NCBI GenBank assembly: GCA_041659045.1
Contig: JBAZZB010000003.1
Span: 28,212 to 92,211 of the forward strand
Length of the DNA stretch: 64,000 bases
Reading direction: 5' to 3'
DNA from: Patescibacteria group bacterium
Lineage (GTDB): Bacteria; Patescibacteriota; Patescibacteriia; SG8-24; DYFX01
A program made the position numbers and the translations under genes. Below are positions 26,539 to 36,600 of this stretch, in pieces; the first letter of the stretch is position 1, and each line of letters opens with the position of its first letter. Below the pieces are notes generated by a model. That model was not told the DNA's origin, made no database searches, and saw only the letters and a list, made by a program, of their open reading frames with translations.

Positions 26539-27798
26539 TCAAGGCAGGAGCGAGCGTAATAGCTTTTTAAAGCGGCTTCCGACCTGCAAATCACCGAATT
26601 TGCTGGCCAAGCCGTTTTGACCGCGCGCATTCTCCGAAAGGTGGTGGCCCCAAAGAACGAGGCCGACCGCCGTCGAAAAAGCGATGTCGTTTGTGCGATC
26701 GGTGATACTTGAGACGTTTACCGGATAGCCGAGCGCGGCCGGGAGGCGCAGTTCTGTCTTGGCCATGTCGACTAAACCGTTCAACTTCGCTCCCCCACCG
26801 GTCAGGATGATGCCGGCCGGAAGACGTCCGCTGCGGTCGATCTTCTTGAGTTCCTTATCGATTTTGCCAAAAATTTCTTCGACGCGCGCCTCGATAATTT
26901 CAGCGACAAACTTCTTGCTGACAACTTCGTCCTCTTCGGCGCCAAGATCGGCGAGGCGGATGTCTTCGCGCTTCGCTTCACGCGACGAGGCGAGACCATG
27001 TTCAACCTTCACGCGTTCCGCAACTTCAATCGAGGTGCGCAAACCGATCGCCACGTCGGACGTAATGTGATCGCTGCCAATCGGAAGCACGACCGTGCGC
27101 AACACGTCTCCATCTTCATAAACGGCAAGCGACGTAGTGGAGCTTCCGATGTTGGCGACGGCGACACCCAATTCTTTTTGGCGCGAGCTGGCAACGGCTT
27201 CGGAGGCCGCCAAAATACCGAGCACGACGTCGTCGATCTCGATGCCGGTGCGATAGACGCACTTGGAAAGATTTTTGAGCTGCGAAGAAAGACTCTGGAT
27301 GATTTGCGCGTCGACTTCCAAACGAATGCCGGTCATGCCGACCGGATCCTTAATACCCGACTGCCCGTCGACGATAAAACTCTTGGGCAGGACGTGGAGA
27401 ATTTCGTAGTTTAAAGGTGTGGCAACGGTACGAGCAGCTTCAAGAGCGCGCTCGACGTCTTCTTCGCGGATCTCGCCGTCGGAACGCGAGACCGCAACGA
27501 CACCTTTTGATTCCTGGGAAACGATGTGGCTACCGGAAATGCCGACAAAAGCGCGCTCGATTTGCACGCCGGTCATGCGCTCGACTTTTTCCAAACAGGT
27601 AGAGACCGAAGAGATGGCGTCTTCAATCGAGGTGATCACACCCTTGTTGACGCCGACTGACGGAGCTTCTGCCGCGCCGATGATCTGGATCGACTCGCGG
27701 CCACCCGCGGAAGAACTGCGTTGCCCGACGGCAACACGCACCGACGAAGAGCCGATGTCGAGACCTGCGACGATTTCGTTGGAGGAAGACTTCGCCAT
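26539..27798 (-). CDS. ftsA: cell division protein FtsA
   Basis: GLDIGSS, DPVGMTGIRLE, AERVK, LTGGGA; adjacent to ftsZ. Confidence 0.97.
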   Translation of the reverse strand: MAKSSSNEIVAGLDIGSSSVRVAVGQRSSSAGGRESIQIIGAAEAPSVGVNKGVITSIEDAISSVSTCLEKVERMTGVQIERAFVGISGSHIVSQESKGVVAVSRSDGEIREEDVERALEAARTVATPLNYEILHVLPKSFIVDGQSGIKDPVGMTGIRLEVDAQIIQSLSSQLKNLSKCVYRTGIEIDDVVLGILAASEAVASSRQKELGVAVANIGSSTTSLAVYEDGDVLRTVVLPIGSDHITSDVAIGLRTSIEVAERVKVEHGLASSREAKREDIRLADLGAEEDEVVSKKFVAEIIEARVEEIFGKIDKELKKIDRSGRLPAGIILTGGGAKLNGLVDMAKTELRLPAALGYPVNVSSITDRTNDIAFSTAVGLVLWGHHLSENARGQNGLASKFGDLQVGSRFKKLLRSLLP

Positions 27799-27803
27799 AA
27801 AGT

Positions 27804-28163
27804 TCACTTGAAGACGTGCGGCCAAAACACCAAAACGCCCGCGAGGAGCGCGCCAACCGAACTGACGAGCACAGCACCCGCCATCATGTCCTTAATTTGC
27901 TCGGCGTACTCATGCATGCGCGGCTTGAACAGATCAACGAGCCGCTCGACGGCGCCGTTGAGTAATTCTAGCACGAGCGTCATCGCAGCGACAACGACAA
28001 GGAGCGCCGTTTCCGCGCGCGAGAGTTTGAAAATGAAGATCAGCACGGTCAGCACGACGGCCGCGAAGAGCTGAAGACGAAAACTCTGTTCTTCGCGAGC
28101 GAGCGTCATGATGCCCTTCACCGCGAAGCGCAGACTGCGCAGAAAACGCCCGGTATCAACCAT
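27804..28163 (-). CDS. dgkA: diacylglycerol/undecaprenol kinase (DgkA family)
   Basis: SLRFAVKG, ELLNGAVERLVD, KDMMAGAV. Confidence 0.92.
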   Translation of the reverse strand: MVDTGRFLRSLRFAVKGIMTLAREEQSFRLQLFAAVVLTVLIFIFKLSRAETALLVVVAAMTLVLELLNGAVERLVDLFKPRMHEYAEQIKDMMAGAVLVSSVGALLAGVLVFWPHVFK

Positions 28164-28578
28164 ATTTTTGCGATTTCAGAATACGCTTTTGGAGCGGAAA
28201 CATGACGTTTTCGTCTTTGAGCGTTTCGTGGTCGTAACCCAAGAGGTGCAGCACGCCGTGGACAACAAGCATCGCGAGCTCGTCACGCAAGGGTTTCTTG
28301 GCTTCCTTCGCTTGGCGCTCGGCTTGCGCGACTGAAATGACAACGTCGCCGAGCAGCCCATGCTCACCGTCTGCGAACGAAAGGACGTCCGTCGTTTTTT
28401 TCTTGTTGCGATGCACCGTGTTGAGCTTTGTCATCTCGCGGTCGGAAACGAAAACGACGCCGACTTCGGCGGAAGTTTTTACCTTCGCGCCGCGCAGCGC
28501 GGCTTCGACCGTTTTTTTAATCCAAGCGTCGCTAACCGGCGCTTTGACGCGCCGAGCGACGGGAACGGTAACGATCAT
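28156..28578 (-). CDS. ybeY: rRNA maturation endoribonuclease YbeY
   Basis: TDVLSF, LGDVVIS, HGVLHLLGYDH. Confidence 0.96.
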   Translation of the reverse strand: MIVTVPVARRVKAPVSDAWIKKTVEAALRGAKVKTSAEVGVVFVSDREMTKLNTVHRNKKKTTDVLSFADGEHGLLGDVVISVAQAERQAKEAKKPLRDELAMLVVHGVLHLLGYDHETLKDENVMFPLQKRILKSQKYG

Positions 28579-29564
28579 GGCTTCTTGCTGAAGCTATTGG
28601 TGAACATACGGAAGGTTGTCTTCAGCGCGTTCGGCCAAGGCTCCGTCGGCCCGCCTGCTTCACCTTCGCCGTAGGACTGGACGTATGCGAGACGATAGAT
28701 CTTGCCTTCAAGGTTGATATACGCGATAACGCCGTCTGACGCACGGACACCTTCAAGTCCGGACTTCGTGGAAAATTGCTCAACCTGCGTCGGGGAAACG
28801 CTTGGATTCCTCGTCAGATACCAGTCTAGGACGGATTGCGCGTCGGGATTTTCCTCTTTGCGCACTTCAAGATATTCGAAACTTCCGATCGCGAAAACAT
28901 AGGCATTCCAGAATTCTTGGAAACTACCGCCGCCCGGTGTCAGCACCCTGAATGCATCGTTGGCGTCCGCAAACGGAACGACAAGATTCGCTTCTTCAAG
29001 TTTTGTCGGCTTGAAACCAATTGGATTGTACAGGTTTGTGACTTCGAGGCCGTCTGAGTAGCCGTCGCCGTCCGTGTCGCTGTTCAGAGGACCTGTCTTG
29101 TACATTCCCTCTTCAAAATTCGTCAGTCCATCATTATCCGGATCCAGCGCGTCATCATTCGGCGGCGTCGCTGGCGTGGTTGTGGCGGGTTCCGGCTGAG
29201 GTTGCGGTTCTGGTTGTGGCTGGGGTTCGGGTTGAGGCTGCGGCGTCGGGAGGGTGACTGAAGGCGCAACAGGCTGCGCGGGCGGATCTGGACGAAGGAA
29301 CCACCAAATTGCAAAGCCCATACCGGCCAAAAGCACGACGGCAATAATCGGGATGAGAATCCATTTCTTGCTGCCAGATTCTTTTTTCGGTTTTGGAGGT
29401 TCGTTCGACGCAGGACTTGGCACGATCGCCATCGATGTCGTCGGGACAGGCATGTCTTTCGGCAGCTGCGCCTTTGCCGCCACGCCATAAAACTGTTCGG
29501 GGATCGTGTAGATCACCGGATCTTTCGGGGCGGCGGCGCTTTGCGGTGCTGGCTGCTCGGGCAT
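28575..29564 (-). CDS. membrane-anchored protein with PQ-rich linker, DxDxDG Ca-binding repeats and PsbP-like C-terminal domain
   Basis: TM helix, (PQ/PE)n linker, DPDNDGL and DTDGDGYSDG motifs. Confidence 0.8.
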   Translation of the reverse strand: MPEQPAPQSAAAPKDPVIYTIPEQFYGVAAKAQLPKDMPVPTTSMAIVPSPASNEPPKPKKESGSKKWILIPIIAVVLLAGMGFAIWWFLRPDPPAQPVAPSVTLPTPQPQPEPQPQPEPQPQPEPATTTPATPPNDDALDPDNDGLTNFEEGMYKTGPLNSDTDGDGYSDGLEVTNLYNPIGFKPTKLEEANLVVPFADANDAFRVLTPGGGSFQEFWNAYVFAIGSFEYLEVRKEENPDAQSVLDWYLTRNPSVSPTQVEQFSTKSGLEGVRASDGVIAYINLEGKIYRLAYVQSYGEGEAGGPTEPWPNALKTTFRMFTNSFSKKP

Positions 29565-29579
29565 GGCTTTCAAACGTGG

Positions 29580-30176
29580 TTACGGAGCGGGCGGGATCTG
29601 AAGGAGTTTTCCCGCGCCTTTCGGATTGTAGCCGTTTCTGACTTCGTCGCCGTCTTTGAACGTATCGGCGTCCGTATCAACATTGTTCGGATCCGTCATG
29701 TAGACTTCGACTTCTTCTCGGTCGGAGAGCCCGTCGTTGTCTGTGTCGACCATGCCGGCATTCGTGCCGATTTGACTCTCACGCATATCACTCAGACCAT
29801 CGCCATCGCTATCGATTTCCGGCTGAGGCGGTGTTGGCTGCAGCTCGGGCTGCGGCTGTGGTTGAGGTTCAGGTTGTGGCTGGGGCGTGGGTTGCGGTTC
29901 GGGCGTAGGAAGTTGCACTGCGGGTTCCACAGGAACTTTACTGCCACGAAGCGAGAAGTAGGCTGCTGCGCCGCCGCCGATCAAGACGACGACAAGCACG
30001 AGAATCAGAATCCCCTTCTTGCCGAAAGCGGCTTGCTGCATCACGACACCTTGGCTCGCCGCGACCGGAGCTGCAGCTCCAGGCATCTGCGGAGGAACGT
30101 TCGTCGGTTTTTCGGAAGGAATCTCGGCGAAGATATCAGCCGGTTCGGTTTTGTCGTCGAAGAGGAAGAAGATCAT
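29580..30176 (-). CDS. membrane-anchored protein with bacterial TSP3-like Ca-binding repeats
   Basis: TM helix, PQ linker, DSDGDGLSD, DTDNDGLSD, DTDADTFKDG. Confidence 0.85.
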   Translation of the reverse strand: MIFFLFDDKTEPADIFAEIPSEKPTNVPPQMPGAAAPVAASQGVVMQQAAFGKKGILILVLVVVLIGGGAAAYFSLRGSKVPVEPAVQLPTPEPQPTPQPQPEPQPQPQPELQPTPPQPEIDSDGDGLSDMRESQIGTNAGMVDTDNDGLSDREEVEVYMTDPNNVDTDADTFKDGDEVRNGYNPKGAGKLLQIPPAP

Positions 30177-30182
30177 ACCTTT

Positions 30183-30659
30183 TTATTCTACACAAAATAC
30201 CGGACGCTGTCCTGCGGCACTCGCTTCTTGCTGACGCGTCGCGACCCACGTTTTATCCTGCGTCTTGCCGTCCGTCATCGCTTTGAGCGGATCCGTGCAA
30301 AAAGAACGCACTTCGTCGAGGTCGCTGAGCCCGTCACTATCCGTATCCTTGCGATTCGGATCCGTGCGAAGCATCGCCTCTTCCCCATCGATCAAGCCGT
30401 CGTTATCGCTGTCTTTTTGTGCCGCTTCGGACAAGATCGGCGGAGAATCTCTTTCAAGAGGAACAATGCCATCGGGCTTCGACGTCGCCGGGGAGCCTGG
30501 AACCGGCGTCGGTTTCGCCCCAGTTTCTGTAACAGGAGCAGGAACCTCGACCCCCGGAACCGCAAGGCGTGCCGCGCGAGCGCGGAGGATGATCACGACC
30601 GTTGCGGTTCCTGCGAGGAAAACGGCGACAAGGCTAATGATGATGACAAGTCGCTTCAT
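30183..30659 (-). CDS. membrane-anchored protein with TSP3-like Ca-binding repeats
   Basis: N-terminal TM, Pro-rich linker, DSDNDGL, DTDSDGLSD. Confidence 0.85.
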   Translation of the reverse strand: MKRLVIIISLVAVFLAGTATVVIILRARAARLAVPGVEVPAPVTETGAKPTPVPGSPATSKPDGIVPLERDSPPILSEAAQKDSDNDGLIDGEEAMLRTDPNRKDTDSDGLSDLDEVRSFCTDPLKAMTDGKTQDKTWVATRQQEASAAGQRPVFCVE

Positions 30660-30660
30660 A

Positions 30661-33600
30661 TTAATCGTTCGCGTTCGGGCCGTCGGCTCTGTTTACGTAC
30701 TTGTTCTTCAGTGTGAAACGTCCTTCGGTCGAGGAGGCCGTCTTGTCGATACGACCGATGTACCACATGCAAGGGTTTCCAGAGATGTCCGAGACGCTCG
30801 TGAGTGTGCGAGTCGTGCCGGTTGTGATACCAGAGACGCTCGCAGCTGATCCTGCTTCGATCGTGAAGATGGAGTTTCCTTTGATCGTCGAGCTGGCTCC
30901 CTTCCACCAACCGGTGTTGCGATCGAAGAGCGGTGCCAGGCCGTAGTTTCCATCAACGAAGCAGCTGCCGCCGTTGGCAAAGACATGGTAGGTACCCTGC
31001 GGCAATGACTGGGTCGAGAGCACCATGATTTCAGGGTCTGTTGCGTGCGTGCCGCCCGTTACGTCCCAGAAGAGCTGGATGTGATCGGTCGAGAAGTTGC
31101 CGTTGCCGACATAGCGCGTATCCGGTGAGCCGTCTTTCCAGCCGAAGTAACGCGTTTGTCCCGCGAGCGGACCTGAGCTGTAGACCGCTTTCACGTACAA
31201 GTCGACTTCGTTTGCTGCCGTGTGCGGCGTAGGCCACGAGATCTTGAAGCGGAAGTCGCCTGGGAGAAGTGTGCCGTTGTCGCAACCGCCGGTATAGAGA
31301 CCACAACCTCTTGAGCACAGCACCTGGCCGGCCGTACCGGCACCCTGTGAGGCGCAAGACGGGGCCGCGCCGCCCGCGAATCTGTTTGTGTCGCAGACTT
31401 CACCGTAGGTCGATTGAATCGTATTGTCGCCGCAATAGCCGCCATTCGGATCGTAGACGCAATCGTTACGGCAGACGTACGTCGTGCCTTGGCCGCGCGC
31501 TTCCGGATCACCCTGACCATCGCACTGCTCACCGAACAATCCTTGCTTCACGCCATCACCACAGAACGCCGCGCTCTTCGCATTCGTGCCGAAGCAGGCG
31601 TTTGAACAGTAGTTACAAGAACCATCGAGACGATACGCGACGCACGGACCATTTGCTCCGCATTCGGCATCGCTCGTACAAAGGCGACCGTTGACCTTAC
31701 ATTTTCTGGCCGTCGCGGCCGCTTGCGTGTTGGTGTACGGCTCCGGCTGACACTGCGTGTTATACGCAATGCACTGACCTTCGCCACCCTGACAATACTG
31801 ACCTGCGGCGCAATCTCCAGCAGCGCGGCAAGGCGCACCTTCCGGCGCAGCCGTACCTGTGCCCGTATACGGAGCGTAGGTGCCCGGGTCGAGTTCCAAC
31901 CCCGTACCATCAAAACCGGTATCAGCGCGGTCTGGGGGCGTTGTCGCAGTGGTGACAACGAGGTTCTGCGTGCGCGCCGACATGTTTCCATTGCCATCGA
32001 ACGCGTTGATCGTGATCGTGTGGATGCCCGCTGAAAGCTGACCGACGTTGACGGAGCAAGCCGCGGTCGCCAGGCGCGGATTAAACCGACAGGTTGTTCT
32101 CAATACTTGGACAGCGGCCGTCGTGAGATAGATATCGATGTTGTCGACGAGTGCGGCAGCGTCCGTCACATCCGAAACGGTGATGACAACCGAGTCGTTC
32201 GTTGTCGGACTTGTCGGAGCTGTCGTGATCGCGCCAATCGCGGGAGGAGTCGTGTCGCCAGGAACGCCGGCATTGCACTCACCGGGGCCGCACGTCGCGA
32301 AGGTGACGATCGAACCAGCAAAACGTCGCGCGGCCTCACCAAGAGGACCGAACATCGGAATCTCCACATCAGAACGCGCGAACGTTGATGAGGCGGGTGC
32401 GGCACTCGTGCTCGTGGACGCGCCCGGATAGTTGCGGCAGACGCCCGGCAAGCAGTCGTTGTTCGTCGTGCAACCCTTCACCCCGCTCGTATCAGACGGA
32501 TTCTGGTACGTGCGGCTGCACCAAGCTGTCACCGGACCTGGGTCGCACGTTTCCGGCGGCGCCGAAATTGTCCTATCGCCACAGAAGGCACCGGAAATTG
32601 TTTCAATGGAGCAATCGTTCTTGCAGTAGTTGCAGACAGAACCGTATTGCGGCGTGCAGAGAACTCCGTTGGCCGTGCCGTTGTCGCATTGTTCAACGCC
32701 GGTGCGTACGAAACCATCGTTACAGACGTTGAGCCTGCAGGTCGCGAGACACGTGCCGTTCGGAGAGTTTGCCGCGCCAGCATCGCACTGCTCGGCACCT
32801 TCAACAACACCGTTGCCACAAGCACCGGAAGGACGGCAGATTGACCAATCGTTAAAGGTGCACGCATCGCCAACAGGTTCCGTTGCCGCTTTGCAGCTCT
32901 TGGTACGCGTTTGTGGAAGACCTCCGGTTGTGGCGGCACAGAGCGAGCATGTTTCACCCGTGGCGCAATCAGAAGTTCTGGCGCAAGAAGCGAAGTCGCG
33001 CGGCGCGGTATTTGTATCAACCAACGAGAAGCCGGTTGGGACACAAACACCCTGGGTACTTGTCTGGTTTGCATCGCATTGTTCACCACCGTTGGTACTG
33101 CCATCACCGCAACGAGGACCGGGACCACGGCAGTCCCACGCACAGAAACCGTACTCGCCGTTTCTGGCACCGTCATCACACACTTCAGAACCATTTTTCA
33201 CGCCGTCACCGCAGAAATTCATGCGATCGGTACACACGGACGGATACGGCAAGCCGGAGCAGTCGGAGTTCGTACTGCACGCTTGTCCAAGGTCACAGCT
33301 TCCGTCCGCGCAGTTGCCGTCGAACGACGCGCGCTTGGCGATGTTGACGCAACGCTTCACGCAACCAAGACTACCGCTGCGGCAGCGACCGTACTGGCCG
33401 TTTTGAGCGCCATCATCGCACGATTCACCAGCAAACGATTCAAGGGATCCGTTGCCACACGCAGCAGCTCCAGGGCAAGCCGTCTGCACTTGCCATGTGC
33501 AAGCAGCGTTGCACGTTTCAAAATCTTGTCCGCCGGAGGCACAGGCGACGTTGCGCGTCATGCCGACTTCGCACTCTTCTGTACCTTCAAGCAAACCATT

Positions 33601-36600
33601 ACCACAGGCACCACCAGCAGCTGGGCCGACGAGAGGTACGCCGACTGGCATACACGCATCTTGCGGAGCGCACTGGCTGGAAGAGGTGCAGCTCGCACCC
33701 GTCGCGAGACATGCTCGCGGCGCGGTTGAAGGCTGACCGGAGCAGACTGGAGAAATCGTGATACGCGTCTGGCAGCTACCGGTCGTCGGACCGGAAGGAA
33801 CCCACGAGCAACCCAGCGCAGCATCGCAAGCGAACGCGCTCGGTTTCGATGAACAAGACGTTCCCAACCATTGATAGGTGACGTATTCGAAGTCGACGGC
33901 CATGCGGTAGTCGATGCCGCCGATCGCGCGATACTGGTAGACGTGCGAGTTTGCGGGGCAAGCGAAGATGCCGATCTTGTCGTTGTAGCACGTCTCTGCT
34001 TCGAACGTGGCGCGGCAGACATCCCCTGCTCCACCTGTGCAATCAGAATTCACAGAGCACGCAACACGGCTGATGGAACACTCGGAACCGAACGCTTCGC
34101 AACGATTAAAGGCATTGATCGGATCAACGACACTGCCGGCTCCGCCGAGCTGCTGGCTCCACGAAGGCCACTTGGATGTCGTGAAACCGCGCACGAAACT
34201 GCCGGATTCGAGTTTCGGATAGAAGCCGGTCTGTTCGCGCGACGTCTCGAGCGATTGTTCGATCACACGCATATCCTGCCAGCGGCGCATGTCGCGGCGG
34301 ATCTTGTCTTTGTCGGCGTCACAGCGCATGCCCGCAGGACCGTTCGGCAATGCGCGATCGCAATCAAGATTGCTGCTGCAGGTAATCGGTGCCGTGTTTT
34401 CTGCGGTCAGGTGGAGCAATTCTCCAGCGGCGTTCTTACATACGTTCGTCACGCGATCCGAAGGCACCAAATTCGTGTTGAAGTTGATGTTGCTGACGAG
34501 ACGATTAAAGATTTCCGCCGTGCGCGGGTCCGCGTGATCGTTAAACGCGAAGACGTAGATGTATGAGCGGAGATCCGGATCGCCGTATTTGTCGGCCGCG
34601 CCGATATAGACCGTGCGTTCGTCTTTGATCGCCATGTAGCCATCGACTGTCGCGCTCTGAGTCTTGCCCGAGAAGCGCTGGGCGACGTACCACTCTTGCG
34701 GCGTAAGACGGTCACTGTTTTCGTACACGCGCACACCAATGGCGTCAGAAACCTTCCACTCCGACTGGAAGCGGTACAAGAGGTCTTTGGAGCGGCAGGT
34801 GTCGCCGGCGTTGCAGTCCGCGTTCGTCGTGCAGGCGCGCGATTGCGAGAAATCGGTTGTCGCGGCGCAGAAGCGCAGCAAGCCAGAACCACCAACCGAC
34901 TGTCCTTGCGTCGGAGCGCTCATGAGCTCCGGCAGTGCGGCACCGGCGTTGTCGCGGCAATAATAGAATTCGAAGTGCGTCTGCGGATCGACATACGGTG
35001 CCCAAGCACCCGTCGAGACATCGCGGCGCGGCCACGGCATCTGGCAGAGCATGACCGTGATCGTCGATTTCCCGACTTTGTCCTGACCCGCCGTCGTAGG
35101 CGTGAGTGCCGTATCCGTTGTAATACGAGCGGTCGCAGCAACCTGTTCCTGACCGTTCAAGCCCTTTTTCGCTTGAACGATTGTGGATGGAGCACCCGCA
35201 ACAGCCGTCATGTCGAGAATCGGACCAACCGTGGCGCTCTCCGGGATATTCGCCCAGCTCCACGACCAGTCATAGACGCCAGGAACGGGAGAAATTGCTT
35301 CAAGACGACCACCACGGTCGGTCATCGCCGTCGCGGTGATCGTGAGAGGAATCGCAGAGTCCTGGATGAGTTCCGTCGCCGGCGACGTTTGCACGACGTC
35401 AAAGCGGCAGACATCCGAACCCGTCGTGAAGTCCTGCACGGTGTTGGCGCCTTCGGGATAGCCGACACCCTTGATCGTTTTCACACCCGTCGCTCCGCCA
35501 CGTGCCGTCACGCGATAGAGTCGGTTGGGGCTCAACATCTGTTTCGGAGCGAACGTAGAAATCGTGCGCACCGATGCGTCGGGCGCCGTGACATTCACGT
35601 GCGTAAAGGCGCCTTCGATCGGCGCACAGATATGCGAAGCGGATGCTTCCATGCCGACCAAGGAGCGGAAGAAGCGGCCGACAGAGGAAGCGGCGCGCGC
35701 GAACCACGAGCGCGGGCCTTTTTCGTTGAAGGCGTGGCTCGGGCACGATTCGACGACGAGACCACCCTGCAACGAGCCGGTATTCATTTCTTCGCCGAAC
35801 TCGACGCTGATCTGGACGTTCCGGCATTCGTTGCCGCCCTTCGGATTAATATCCGGCGCGTCCGGACGCGGGAAACAGCACGCTCCGGCGCCGCACGAAA
35901 GATTCGGTCCAAAGGCGGAGCAGTCACTGTCAGCGCGGCAAGAGCACTCAACATTCACGCTCCCCTGTCCGGAGACCGTGCCGATCGCGGCTGTTACCGA
36001 AGCGCTGCAGTTATTGCGGGCGTCGCACTGATTACGCGCTTCGATGACTTGCATCGGATCGATGTTCGCATCGAGCGCCAACGCTTCGCATTCTTCACCG
36101 CCACCGTTTTGAGCATTCGTCAGAGGGTCCGCAGGCTGCATGCTAATAACAGTGTCGCCGCAATAGGCGCGAAGTTCCGGATCGGAACCCGTCCTCGTGC
36201 AACGCGTCGAACAACCGGAAGAGGCGTCGCCGTTCTTGGCGGCCGCGTCGCAGTTTTCACCTTTCGCGGGTTCGATCACGCCGTTGCCACAGCAGTTGGT
36301 GCCGGCAGTGCACGTGACGGGGTTTCCGCGCAGCAAGCAGCTTTGTCCGCAGGCGAAATTCGGACGCGTCGGATTACGTTCATCCGTCGCGCCAAGCGCC
36401 GCAGGCGGGCGTCCAGCGATGAGAAGCTGCGTGGCAAGACCTCCAGCTCCAAGTATGTAGTCGCACTGTTCGCCTGGCGTTTCCAATAAGCCGTTGCCGC
36501 AAACATAGACGTTCTGGCGAGAACCTTCGAGTACGCAGCGCGAGCTGCAGCCGTCGCCATCTTGCGTATTGCCATCGTCGCACGCTTCGCCAACGCCTGT

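Noticed and set aside
29190-29905. Nucleotide-level tandem repeats in the PQ/PE linkers
   Set aside because: Degenerate codon-level low complexity that is fully explained by Pro/Gln-rich protein linkers.
34696-36489. Long antisense ORFs (e.g. 597 aa here, 446 aa opposite hisS, 462 aa opposite topA)
   Set aside because: Shadow frames caused by GC-rich codon bias opposite well-supported genes; no recognisable motifs.
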